Of a stretch of DNA of 64,000 nucleotides, positions 15,442-29,052 are shown one piece after another. A program made the position numbers and the translations under genes. Origin of the DNA: Eledone cirrhosa (lineage: Eukaryota). How positions within the stretch are numbered: the stretch's first letter is position 1; the number at the start of each line of letters is the position of its first letter. The notes beneath the pieces are model-generated. The model saw nothing but the letters and a program-made list of their open reading frames with translations. It had not been told where the DNA came from and made no database searches. The stretch lies in the NCBI GenBank assembly GCA_964016885.1, contig OZ024746.1, positions 29,140,001-29,204,000 of the forward strand, read 5' to 3'.

Positions 15442-16387
15442 ATGTGTGTGTGTGTGTGTATACATATACATATTTATACATACATATATATATATATATG
15501 TATGTGTAAATATATATTTACGGACACTGGGTAATGTATAAATTTAATGATATAAGAAATCTATGTATATATATATCCCCTTGCAGACATTGTAGATGTA
15601 TGCGAGTATGAAGAAGTATAATAGGAATTAATAATAAAATGGAAACGAATACAATATACTCTCTATATATGTACAAAATTATATTATATTATATTTTATT
15701 ATATTATATTATTTTATCATATTATATTATTATATTATACTGTGTTGTGGGTTAGCTTCGTCGAGGGACAGTATACGATCTGTGGATGGGAGTTAAATTT
15801 GATTTCAATGGAACATAAAGAGAAGGTGTGTGGTTTATTGTTTTCTTATAATCTTAAGGTCATGAGTTTGATTCTTGGCTGCACAATGAGCCCTTGGCAA
15901 AGATACATTATTTCATATTGTTCCAGTTCTGGAATATATATATATATCTATATGATATATAATGTATTATATATATTATATATTATATATATGTTGTAAT
16001 AGAGATAGGCCTTAATTTGGTGAGAGCTAAGCTTAAAGTACATGCAGATAGGCTGTGAACAGCAGGGAAGATCATTTTAATTATACATATTTCTGGCAAA
16101 GTTGTACATGTAATTCAAAAGGCTTGCTTTGTCACACACTGTAATGCTAGATAACACACAGAACTGCGGAATGCTCAGCCACTTGCACATTCATTAAACG
16201 AGCAGGGTCTTATAACTTTGGAGCTTCACCTGAGTAACAATATTCATCGCTTAGACATAATAAAGAATATTATTAAATTTTACTTCGATATCGACTACTC
16301 ATTTTCGCGCCCGCTAACATTACAAAATAAAGTACCAGTAATACACTGGGTATTTGCTGGCCTTGTGCCTAAAGTAGAAACAATTAT

Positions 16388-16475
<88 letters not shown>

Positions 16476-17133
16476 TGAAAGAGAGAGAGGGAGAATATAT
16501 ATAAAGAGAGATAGAGAGAGAGTCTGTGGTGCTGAGAACGGGGAGACCACTAATCATAGGAGTACTCAATGCAGGGGAGATGCAATATAGTATAGAGATG
16601 TGTAAAATCCCAAACACGGTGCCAAGCCGAAACAGCGGGTGAGGAGGGTAAGTGGAACCCAAATAGCACAAAAACAAGAGCTGTCAAATGGTGGATGAAC
16701 TCCACAGTCAACCGTCATCCACCCCAATTATGGGTTAGATAGCCTCACCAACTTGCAATTGGCCAATCGTGATGAGTACGGCTATCCCACATGCGATCCT
16801 AGTAATTGTCCTGTTTTCTTGCCTTGATTTATCCTAACATCGCCGCACTGTTAACCTGAACAGCAGCAACATGCATCGACGGAGTCTTCGGTGTCTGAGC
16901 AGCCCTTTTTGGGAACGCACTGCTCACTCATACTACATGGAAACGGTCTAGAAAAGGTGACCCAAACAAAGCCTGTTCATTTATCAAACTGGCCAGCAGC
17001 CTGCAATTGACGGTGGTTCATAATAGCAGGGAATTCGTTGAAGAGATTGTCGTCTTCTGTAAAGAAGTGGCAATTATTACATATATAGACAATAAAAAAT
17101 AATTTTACAAAATCCATAAAATGTCTTCATTCA

Positions 17134-17525
17134 GGCGGTGGATTGGCAGTATCGGTAGAGAGTCGGACACCATGCTTTGAAGCATAGAGTTACGTCTCTT
17201 TATGATCTGAGTTCAAATCCCGCCGAGGTTAACTTTGCCTTTCATCCTTACGGGGTCGATAAAATAAAGTACCAGTAATGAACTGGGTAATTTGCTGGCC
17301 TTGTGCCTAAAATAGAAACAATTATTTAATTGAAGGGCGGTGAATTGGCAGTATCGGTAGAGGGTTGAACGCCATGCATTCTAGCATAGTTACGTCCCAT
17401 TACGGTCTGAGTTCAAATCCTGTCGAGGTTAACTTTGCCTTTCATCCTTACGGGGTCGATAAAATAAAGTACCAGTAATATACTGGATATTTCCTGGCCT
17501 TGTGCCAAAAGTAGAAACAATTATT
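17134..17525 (+). mobile_element. Two tandem SINE copies
   Basis: Matches the family. Confidence 0.8.
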
Positions 17526-17705
17526 TAATTGAAATAAAGTATAATTTATTAGAAATACGGACACGGTAGCGTTAATAATTGTACATGCTAGCTATGAGGT
17601 GTGGTAACAAATTCTTTGCTGTCAGTGTTCAACCTGCTTTCTATCTGTTGCTAGACTAATTTCAATGATATAAATAATCGTACCGCTGCCACTGATAATA
17701 ATGAA

Positions 17706-18482
17706 ATAATTGTTTCTACTATTGGCACAAGGCCAGCAATTATCCAGTACATTACTGGTACTTTATTTTATCGACCCCGTAAGGATGAAAGGCAAAGTTA
17801 ACCTCAGCGGAATTTGAACTCAGACCATAAAGGGCCGTAAGTCTTTGCTGCAAAGCATGGCGTCCGACCCTCTACCGATACTGCCAATCCACCGCCCTAT
17901 AATAATTGTTTCTACTTTAGGCACAAGGCCAGCAATTACCCAGTGCATTACTGGTACTTTATTTTATCGACCCCGTAAGGATGAAAGGCAAAGTCAACCT
18001 CAGCGGGATTTGAACTCAGACCATAAAGGGCCGTAAGTCTTTGCTGCAAAGCATGGCGTCCGACCCTCTACCGATACTGCCAATCCACCGCCCTATAATA
18101 ATTGTTTCTACTTTAGGCACAAGGCCAGCAATTACCCAGTGCATTACTGGTACTTTATTTTATCGACCCCGTAAGGATGAAAGGCAAAGTCAACCTCAGC
18201 GGGATTTGAACTCAGACCATAAAGGGCCGTAAGTCTTTGCTGCAAAGCATGGCGTCCGACCCTCTACCGATACTGCCAATCCACCGCCCTATAATAATTG
18301 TTTCTACTTTAGGCACAAGGCCAGCAATTACCCAGTGCATTACTGGTACTTTATTTTATCGACCCCGTAAGGATGAAAGGCAAAGTCAACCTCGGCGGGA
18401 TTTGAACTCAGATCGTAAAGGGACGTAACTATGCTGGAAAGCATGGCGTCCGACCCTCTACCGATACTGCCAATCCACCGCC
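17706..18482 (-). mobile_element. Four tandem copies (196-bp period) of the dominant tRNA-derived SINE
   Basis: A-box-like TGGCAGTATCGG, B-box GAGTTCAAATCC, and central gactttgcctttcatccttacggggtcgataaaataaagtaccag. Confidence 0.85.
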
Positions 18483-18786
18483 ATTTGATATGATAATAAT
18501 GAAATAATCATATTCTATTAGTATCATATCTGCCGCTGGATATCTGTATGTGATAATATGGCCTCTGTGTACTAGAGCAACTACACTAAAGAGCTTTCTC
18601 CCTCCTTACTTTCGACATGAAAATTCTCAGCCTACAGCAAAGTCGAATCGAAATTTTAGCAGCTATTTTCCCTATTCTTTTTTCTCTTTTTTTTTTTTTT
18701 TGTATTAACGATTAAATAAAACTACTTAGTTTAACAGGGATTCGAAACCACGACATGCTGAATATTTCTAAGAATTTATATATATA

Positions 18787-18863
18787 CAGGGTGTCCCCGA
18801 AAAATGTATACCCACTTCAACAGCATTCTAACAAATATGTGTATACATTTTTGGGACACCCTG
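18787..18863. mobile_element. ~80-bp Tc1/mariner-type MITE
   Basis: TIRs cagggtgtccc..aaaatgtatac / gtatacattttt..gggacaccctg, TA-flanked. Confidence 0.7.
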
Positions 18864-18949
18864 TATATATAAAAGAGTAAAGAACCCCAGCAATTTGCAC
18901 CTAGAAAGTTATCTTCAAGGGAAACAAGCAATGTGTTTTTGTGGAAGAC

Positions 18950-19185
18950 CAGTAATCTCCCATGCATACCAGTCTCCCCTCTTCATCGATGCTGTCCAAT
19001 GGAAAGGCAAATGCCGATACAACTTGGCACCAGTGACGTCAGAATACATTTCTACATCTGAGTGAACTGGAGCAACGTAAAATAAAGTGTCTCGCTGAAA
19101 AACACAATACTTCGCTCGGTTCAGAAATGAACTCAACTTTTTCACGATTGTAGGAACTGCAAAGTAACCACTGAGCCATGTGCCG

Positions 19186-19188
<3 letters not shown>
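18950..19188 (-). mobile_element. Second tRNA-derived SINE family (related pieces at ~15742-16310 and ~47890-48171)
   Basis: A-box TGGCTCAGTGG, B-box-like gagttcatttc, and shared core acactttatt(t)cacgttgctccagt. Confidence 0.6.
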
Positions 19189-19279
<91 letters not shown>

Positions 19280-19329
19280 CGGCACATGGCTCAGTGGTTA
19301 CTTTGCAGTTCCTACAATCGTGAAAAAGT

Positions 19330-19429
<100 letters not shown>

Positions 19430-19801
19430 ACGGCACATGGCTCAGTGGTTACTTTGCAGTTCCTACAATATACAATTTCCAGTCTAGTGAGCAGCTAATT
19501 ACTCTAGCGTTGGGTCGTCTGCCGCGCATTCTTCCGGATTTCATTAGCAGCAGATATAAAACTGACAAAGTGTCAAGAGAGAGTAAGAAAGGGAGAGAGT
19601 TGGAGGAGATGGGGGAACACAGGATTTTGACATGTTATCTAGTAAGTTGTATTAACGTCTTTATTCTCCACTACACTTCAACCATATGTAAGTAATGATT
19701 TAATAAAGATACGTAACAGAAATTGTTCTGTCTGTTAACAAAATGACAGTCTACTGTATCCACATTCGCATGAAGTGATCTGACTATTTTCTCTCTAACA
19801 T

Positions 19802-19893
<92 letters not shown>

Positions 19894-20249
19894 GAACATG
19901 GAACATCGTTCTTCCTCCAACTCTCACATTCACATACACACGCACACACACACACACGTACACCTACACACATACACAAACACCACCTTCAGCCCTCCCC
20001 GTTCGGCCCCCGCCTCCCTCTCCCAACTCCACCCGCCACCACCCCTACACGCCTCGCACCCTTCCACCACTTGTTTATTTTTATGTTTATTTTTATGTTT
20101 ATTTTTATGTTTATTTTTATTTTTATTTTTATTTGTACTTCTTCAATCGTTTTGCCTCCCTTTTCTCGTTCCCCCCCCCCTTTTTTTCTAAATGTCTTTC
20201 CACCACTCCCCCACACACCCTCGGAACTCTCTTCCTACCCACTTTTCTC

Positions 20250-20277
20250 CTGATGAAGGGCTTATGCCCGAAACGTC
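20250..20277 (+). ncRNA. Minimal PLE-type HHR core
   Basis: CTGATGA-a-gggc(ttat)gccc-GAAA-CG-TC; stem I is weak. A sister copy lies at 31431-31458 on the minus strand. Confidence 0.65.
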
Positions 20278-20684
20278 GTTCCCCACTCCACTCTCAAAAG
20301 CGTGAGCATAATAAACTCTTATTTGTACTGCCTCTCTGTTTTTGTTCCCGCCTAAGTTTTAACTATATATATATATATATATATATTGAGTAAAATGACA
20401 GGACCCCGACGGCTGAGCTCCGGCTGCTTCAACAGCTAGATGAGTTCAGATCTAGCTGTTGAAACGGCCAGAGCTCAGCCGTTGGGGGCCTGAATTTTTT
20501 CATATTACGCACTCTTCTACCCCAAGTATCGAGTACTCTGGTAAGTAATGGTCTACTGTTTCATTCGAAGGAAATCACCAGGAAAGCCTAGTCCTGTAGA
20601 AGCCATTTCTACATTAAAAATGTATACCCTGCTATGTATTGAGTACCTTACTGTGTTTATTCTCGATTAAACCCGACACACCTT

Positions 20685-20719
<35 letters not shown>

Positions 20720-21075
20720 GGATGCCCCCCCCCCCCCCGAAATGTTCTTTCTCGTGCTGGGCTTTCTAGTCATTTAAGTGTTCATAGCAATCAGCAGTCT
20801 AGGGCCGCTTATATTGGTGTCCTGTCAGAAAGGCCAGCGGGGATATTTGTGGCAGTTTTTGCGACTAAGTTTGTAGATTTGCTGCTGGACGCTAGTGGCA
20901 CATATGAGTGCATAAGGAGCAAGTTACATTCGAGACCACCCAAAGGCTTTATGTGTGTCATATCTATGAATGGTTATACAGGAGCAAGGGGGGTTTGCAG
21001 TCATTCGTGGGCTTATGGCCGTTCAGCACAAAGTTAGAGACATAGCACTCTTCAGTAAAAAATTGGCAGTTACCA

Positions 21076-24000
21076 TGTATGTATGTATGTGTGCATGACA
21101 ATTATAATTTCACAAAGTTTTACCAATAGAGAGAGAGTCGGTTTCTAACATAGACACAAGACTCTCATTGGAATTTACACAACATGAACTTGGTAGATAT
21201 GTATGTATGCATGCATGTCTAGATATGGATGTTATTGTAGATGTGCATGTTTTGAGTTGTATGTGTGCATGTGTATATGCTTTGTATCTGTACATGAGTA
21301 TATGCAGTTATTAGATGCAACATTTTTGGAATGTTTTACATATTTTTACTGTTCCATTAATGGATTGTACTTGTAGTTTCCTAACTAGTTGTGTTCTTTC
21401 TGTTCCTGTGAAGCCTAGCTTCTCAAGATTTGTATTGAGGCTGTTACTAACATATCCCAGTGCCCCAATAATCACAGGCATAAATCTGAAGGTGTAATCA
21501 GGGTGGAGTATCTGCAGATTTCTGATCGGTTCTGCATAAATATTCTCCTTTTCACTAATCTTTGATATTATATTGGCATCTGCTGGGCAGCTAATTTCCA
21601 CTACTGTGCATGTTTTCTTCTCCCTGTCACATATCATAATATCTGGTCTGTTATGCCTGCATTTTATTGGGGCTTTTACTGGAACATTCCACCAGTACTC
21701 TTTCATATTATGTACATGGATGTCTTCCACATTGTTGTAGCTTTTAATGTGTTTATTATCGGGGCTATCTTTTTTACGAACTGCATTGTACAGTGTTTTG
21801 GCCACTACATCATGCCTCATAGGTAAATAGTACCGCGATGACATCTTTGGACAGCTGCTGATGACATGGGTGATATCCTCGATGTTAGTTCTGCAGAGTC
21901 TGCACTTGTTATCACATCTAGGTGTTTTACCTGCATCCCTATCTCTTTTGTGAATCAGGTATTTCGTGCTAATCTCCTGTTCCTGGATTTCAAAAGCGTA
22001 TCCTTCAAAGTGGGAGCCAATATAGCGGTTGTTGGTCCAAGATAGACTACTTTCCTTATCTATATTACTCTCACTCTGGAGCTTCCTGGCAACATATCCA
22101 TGCATGATTTTTTGCTGATAGGCATGCAGTTTTTCATCCATGGATTCTCTGCGATACTGCTGAGCGACATCCCTGGGTGAGAGTTTTTGATTATCACACA
22201 GGGAATATCTCTCAAGGAGTTCCTTCCCAACTCTCATGATCTTATCTGTTTCATGCAGATAGACTTGCTCGAGAAGCGGGCTCCTACGCTTCGATGTTCG
22301 TAGATGTTGTCGGAGAGATATGATGCGACATTCAAATGTTGTCTGGACTGATGTTAGGCCTCTGCCTCCCTGCTTACGTTTCAAGTAAAGGCTGTCTATG
22401 TCACTGTTGATGTGGAAGTTTCCGGTGTTGTTCAGTAATTTTAGAGTTCCAACATCAACTGCTCGGATTTCGTCTATCGTCCACTTGAGTATTCCAAACG
22501 TTGGTGTTAGGACAGGCACAGAAAACATATTGTGAGCCACTGTTTTTTGTTTTACGCAGAGAGTTCCGATGACCAGGTCTTTCTTAATCGGGTGTAGCAT
22601 TCCCTGGTTACGCGTTCTTTATTACAGATACCATTATAGGATATGTTCTCATCTATCCCCAGGTATCTGTAGCAGTCCTCATCAGATATCGGTGAAACAG
22701 TTAGACCATTGATGACAATGTTGCTAGATTGGGTTGTTGTTTTTCCCCGCTTTACAGTCATGTATGAGCATTTATCTTGGCCAAACTCCATTCCTATATC
22801 CTTTGAGAACGTTGTAACCAGGTCAAGATTTTTCTTCATCCCATCCATGTTCTTGGCATAGAGTTTCAGATCGTCCACAAAGAAGTTATGGGTTAGGGTC
22901 GTATTTCTGTCCTCCTGTGAGCCAATGATGTATCCTCACATTTCTTGAGCAGAAAGGACAAGGGGTTTAATGACAAGATGAACAATATCACAGAGAGACT
23001 GTCCCCCTGAAATATACCCCTGCAATATTTTATTTTATCAGTGAAAATAGAGTCTTCCCTCTCTGTCTTTAACCTCTCTATGGCTCTGACAATAATGTCT
23101 GGGACTTTAGCAAGTTGGAAGGCCTCTATCATCCAAGAGTGGGGAACAGAATCGAAAGCTTTCCTGTAGTCCAGCCAGACTGTAGTCATATTCCTCCTAA
23201 GTTGTCGCACCTCCGATATCGCAGTTTTGTTGATTAGGAGTTGTTCAGCACATCCCCAAACCCTTTTCTTTCCAGCTTCTTGTTCATCTGTGATGATGTT
23301 ATTATTTTCACAGTGATCTTGGAGGAATAGGTTCAGGCAGGCTGTATACATCTTATGCATCAGGTTCTGGCATGCAATGGGTCGGTAGTTTTTTGCCAAG
23401 TGGGTGTCTTTGTTCTTGGGGACCAGTAACGTTTGTGCTAATGTCAACCATTCTGGTATAAGTGTATCTCCCTTAAGAACTTGTTGGTAGAGGTCAGTAA
23501 GATACCTCCGATAGAATATTAGTTTTTTGTACCAGTAGCCGACAATCATGTCTCTTCCTGGTTTTTTCTTATCTTGGAGTTTTCCTATCACAGTCTCAAG
23601 GGTACCCTCACTTATTTCGTATGTTTTTGTTGTAGTGTAGGAGCAATAGTTCTTTCGGATTTCTCTTAGCCACACTGCATCTTGGTTGAAATTCTTCTTT
23701 TCACCCCATATTTTTCTCCAAAAGGAATCTATGTCTTTCTGGGATGGGGCCTCAGCGACACTTATTATTTTGTCCTTCATATCTCTATAGACTGATGTTT
23801 GGTTTCGTCTGAATCTTTTATTAAGCATTTTTCTCTCATCTACCTTCTTCAGGTAATGGCGTTTTTCGCTAACAGCTCTCAATTCTTGTTTGAGGGTGAT
23901 CAGCTTATATTGGAGAGTTCTGGTTCTACTGTTACCAAACATCGTCTCTATTTTATTTTTCACTCTTTGTTGGTGAGGAGTGAGGTTTTTTTGTGTTTGT

Positions 24001-25165
24001 TTGCATGTAAGGAGCATTGTCACATGTCCTATGTTTTTTCGTAGGTCAGCACTCTTTTTTTCTATTTTAGTTATATATGATGGTATTTTTGGTGGTGTTT
24101 TGTTCTTGTTAATATCACTGCTATCACCAAGATAATGCTTCACTGTCATTGCTAAGGCATATAAACAGGCGTTGATTTGCCAAAATGTTGGGGTTTTTAT
24201 CCGTCGTAAATATTCATCCCCTATTTCGTCAATAACACGTAGTATTTCATTATTTGGTTTTTTTATTCACCATTGTCATTTTAACACGTTCAGCAAGAGA
24301 GATATTTATACATGAGTTAATTTCTCTCTGGAAGATTTCGTTGAGGGAAATTTTCAATTGTTTATACTTTTGATTGTCATTATCGATAGTATTTTCCACA
24401 GCAGTCGAGGTAGACTCGGATGGTATACGTGGTGTCACATTTATTCGATTATTATTATTATCGATAGTGTTTTCCCCAGCATTCGAGGTAGGCTTAGATG
24501 GTACAGGTGGTGTCAAGTTTCTTACAGGCATAGTTGTTTCAAGGCGCTGTTCGACCTGGCTGCTAGGAAGTCTAGTAGCATGGCGATCTGTAGCACGTGT
24601 TGTTGATTCCATGTTTGTTGTGGGGGACTTACAATTAATAATATTTATCTTATTTTTAAGTTCAACAAACGTCGCTTGTTGGCGTAAATGTTTCGCTGTG
24701 AAATAATTTAGCTCTGGGTGCATTTCGTCCCAGTGTAGCTTCATTCTATTCATATAGCCAATGGAGGGATTGTTTTTTTGCCATTTTATAACAATTAAAT
24801 AAATCATTATTAAGTTCGCAACTCCAAGAGAAATGCGATTTATAATTTCGGTTTCTTCTGTAGCTACAACTGAATAAAGTTTGATTACCTTCTTTGTTAT
24901 TTGTCTTCGATACTTCCTTAATTTTTTTGTTGATGTTGTGTTCAGCCATGCTGTTTGTAGCAAATCCTTGTAAAATGAATTATGTATTTAGTCGGATATC
25001 TCTACGAATTCGAATAAAAGGTGTCTTCAGAAGGGATAGTTAGAAGAATAACCAGTTATTCAACCTGGCTGTAGTTGTGGCATTACTGTCGGAGATAGTA
25101 TTCATCTTAAATTTAATAAATAGTCTCCCACGCCAAAATATGCGACTGATCGCGTTGACTGTTAG
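21076..25165 (-). mobile_element. Near-full-length non-LTR retrotransposon with RT and restriction-like endonuclease (R4/Dong-type), disrupted by frameshifts and stops
   Basis: ORF pieces 24250..24963, 22893..24149, 22552..22878 and 21311..22600 carry RT motifs (NYRPIAC, WLDYRKAFDSVPH, GIFQGDSLS, FVDDLKLY, YRYLG) and CCHC/RLE motifs (CRLC...H...C, RHD, RPDI, VEISCP). Confidence 0.9.
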
Positions 25166-25249
25166 TATGTATGTATGTATGTATGTATGTATGTATGCAT
25201 GTATATATGTATATATGTATGTATGTGTGCATGTATGTATGTATGCATG

Positions 25250-25810
25250 TATGTCAGGTCACCAGTTGGTGCTACTGGTAACATGTATCCCAGTACAACC
25301 TGTCTCATGGTCAGGTCGTTGGCGACTAAACTGGCAACCCCACCAAGGTTTCTTGGTGAGGAGGGTGACTTTGGACATCCTGCAGGACTAAAAACAAAAC
25401 CTGTCAAAGAGCAAAGGAGCTCTTAAGAGTCAATGGCCATCCAAAATCACCGGGAGAGATGACCCCTTAGCCTTTGTCAAGGCAGAATTAATTCTAGGAG
25501 AAGGAAAACTCTGATATAACACCTGCAACTCTGATGGTATCCAATGATGTTGACTTGGTCTTCTTTTTGGTAAATATCATCTCGGTTAAGAGAGTGGGAC
25601 TGGCTTTGTGCAGTGTCTTTGCTCACTATAAAAGCTTCACGGCACAGGCATTGCTTTATATCTGGAGATCTCTCTGCACTTGTCGTCACATGGTACCATG
25701 GGCCCAGCACTATGTGTCAATAATTGTCACAAGTGTAGTGTTTGGACCAGAGTTTTCAAGTCGCTGGCTGAACTAAAAAGTCACACTCGTTCAGCACATC
25801 GGTAGGGCTT
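25250..25810 (+). repeat. Dispersed repeat, possibly an RTE 5'UTR (related pieces at ~26838-27030 and ~27890-28150)
   Basis: Shared gtgctactggtaacatg...ggcgactaaac and ctaggagaagg..actctgatata motifs. Confidence 0.45.
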
Positions 25811-25876
25811 CTCCTACATGGATATAAAGTAGTGGCCGTACTCGAAAACGAGTACGTATGTATGTATGTATGTATG

Positions 25877-25991
<115 letters not shown>

Positions 25992-26014
25992 ATGTATGTA
26001 TGCATGTATGTATG

Positions 26015-26060
<46 letters not shown>

Positions 26061-26154
26061 TAAACGGAATAGAAAATGCTGACAAATTGTTCACAGTTGA
26101 AAAATGGTTTAATTAGGAATAAAAGAGTATTAGTGATTGTATGGGTTAGTATTA

Positions 26155-26191
26155 TTTTTGAAAAGCATTTAGAAATGCGCAACCGGTAAAA
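26155..26191 (+). ncRNA. Degenerate HHR fold with U3-A8 core (GAAA changed to GCAA)
   Basis: ttt-TTGAAAA-gcatt(taga)aatgc-GCAA-ccgg-TA-aaa. Confidence 0.5.
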
Positions 26192-26735
26192 ACTTAAAAA
26201 CTTAAAACCACAACTGAATACTAACCCATACAATCACTAATACTCTTTTATTCCTAATTAAACCATTTTTCAACTGTGAACAATTTGTCAGCATTTTCTA
26301 TTCCGTTTACCAATATATAATAACTTGTGTGTTACACCTCTATTCTTTTAACTATATATATATATATATATATATATTGTTATACTTTGGGAGGGTCATG
26401 TTTCCAATAAGAAACACACGCACCAGTTGCTTTCACTTCAATTTATTATATATTTATAAATTTATAAATTTACAAATTTATAAATTTCTGGTTGGTTGGT
26501 TGGTTCCACAACCAGATAGTTGTTTATATATAGTCATAGTTCTTTCGTCGCACACTCTGTGACCTCTTTTATAAATTTATAAATATATATATAATATATA
26601 TATATAATAAATTGAAGTGAAAGCAACTGGTGCGTGTGTTTCTTATTGGCAACATGACCCTCCCAAAGTATAACAATATCGGTTTCAACACACGATTTCA
26701 GATAAAGAATCTTGCTAAACAAATTCAGAAACAAA

Positions 26736-26792
<57 letters not shown>

Positions 26793-27035
26793 CATGTATA
26801 TATGTATGTATGTATGTACGTATGTATGTATGTGTATATGTCAGGTCGCTCTTCAGTGCTACTGGTAACATGTAACCCAGTACAATCTGTACATAGTGGG
26901 GTCGTCGGCGACTAAACCGGCAGCCCCACCAAGCTTACTTGGTGAGGAGGGTGATTTTGGACAGCCTGCAGGATGAAAAACAAGACCCGTGAAAGGGCGG
27001 GGGGAACTCAGCAGAGTCAACGACCATCCAATAAA

Positions 27036-27078
<43 letters not shown>

Positions 27079-27466
27079 ATCAAAAGATGGTTAAATGAGT
27101 TCCATGTATTTTATTATGCGCATTTCAAAAACAAATATCATCATGCAATAACATTTGTGTTTTCATCAGATAAAATAGGAGGACATGATATGAAGGTTAA
27201 AAACACTTGTGGATAGTGCAGTTTTAAATCAACATATGAAAAGTAGTTTTAGATTGATGTGTGATATTGGGGAAAAAAATTTTTTTGAGGAGGGGGAGGT
27301 TGGAAAGGATGAAATGCGCATAATAAAATACATGGAACTCATTTAACCATCTTTTGATCTTATATATTATGTATACTCCAGTCCTACAAACTGTATAGTG
27401 CTTCTTATCCGATATCTGCATTGCTTTATTGTACTACAATAAAACTCACCTCCTACATTATATATA

Positions 27467-27505
<39 letters not shown>

Positions 27506-27750
27506 GAAAGTGAGGGTTTTTTTACAAAATGAAAAATAACCGAGGTCTCCTACACGAGTGGAAGTATAAAGAAAAAGGGATGAAATCGAAAATGCAACTG
27601 AAGTCTTATTTTTTTAAAAAATATATATATATTTATTTGGTTCCTTTACCGGTTTCGCAGTTCTTCTGCTTTTCAAAAGGTGAGTTGAGATGGAGGGTCT
27701 GTGGTTTTTCTCACATGTGAGAAAAACCACAGACCCTCCATCTCAACTCA

Positions 27751-27788
27751 CCTTTTGAAAAGCAGAAGAACTGCGAAACCGGTAAAGG
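27751..27788 (+). ncRNA. Minimal HHR fold with U3-A8 core variant (mirrored on the minus strand)
   Basis: cctt-TTGAAAA-gcag(aagaa)ctgc-GAAA-ccgg-TA-aagg. Confidence 0.65.
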
Positions 27789-28209
27789 AACCAAATAAAT
27801 ATATATATATTTTTTAAAAAAATAAGACTTCAGTTGCATTTTCGATTTCATCCCTTTTTCTTTATATATATATATATATATATATATTTGTGGAACGAGA
27901 AACTCCTAGTCTTCATTAAGATATCTCTCTAGGAGAAGGTCACTCTGATATAAAACCTGATATTATAAGACCAGTTCTACTTTTTGGGTAGATGCATTCG
28001 ATGTTCAGAGAGTGGATTTGGCCCCGCGCAAAGCTTTTCCTCACTTACAAAAGTTTCAAGCAAAGGTTTTGCTTGATATGTGACTAAAGAGCTACATCTG
28101 TGATGCTTGTGCTTAAGTATCAAGCGATGGCATTACTCGAAATTGAGTTGCAGCCATCATGTGTATACTTATGTGTGCAAGCATGTATATGTATGTGAGT
28201 ACCCATGTG

Positions 28210-28249
<40 letters not shown>

Positions 28250-28383
28250 CATGCATACGTATTTGTTTATGCGTATAGAATATATTGTGTTTATGTATGT
28301 GAATATATATTTATATATGTATATATATATATGTTTATGTATGTGAATATATATTTATATATGTATATATATATATATTTATG

Positions 28384-28469
<86 letters not shown>

Positions 28470-28717
28470 CATAAATATATATATATATACATATATAAAT
28501 ATATATTCACATACATAAACACATACATACAGTCATACATACACACATACATACATTTACACACATATATACATATATACATACATACATACATACATAT
28601 ATACATACATACATACATACATACATACATTGTACGTTTTTTCAATCCTACTTAATTAAGTCAAAACTTTATCTCGGTCATCAAGTGGAACTATAGCTCA
28701 CCCACCCTCTCTCTTTC

Positions 28718-28748
<31 letters not shown>

Positions 28749-28754
28749 TTCTCT

Positions 28755-28788
<34 letters not shown>

Positions 28789-28999
28789 TTCTCCCTCTCT
28801 CGCTTTCTCTCTCTCTTTCTCTCTCTCTCTTTCTCTCTCACTTCTCTTCTCTTCATTATTTATGCATTATTTTACGTATAGATTTATTTATATATTTGAT
28901 TTTAGTACATTTGCTTACACACACAAATATATATTATATATATGTGTGTGTGCGTGTGTGCGTGTGTGTGTGTGAGTATGTATAGTTATACACACACAT

Positions 29000-29052
<53 letters not shown>

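Noticed and set aside
17845-18428. Three nearly identical 63-aa ORFs
   Set aside because: Antisense frames of the tandem SINE copies.
25250-25345. Possible HDV-like ribozyme at the start of the RTE-5'UTR-like repeat
   Set aside because: A hairpin followed by ctaa and a ccagt/actgg pairing is present, but I could not form P1, P3 and P1.1 consistently in both copies.
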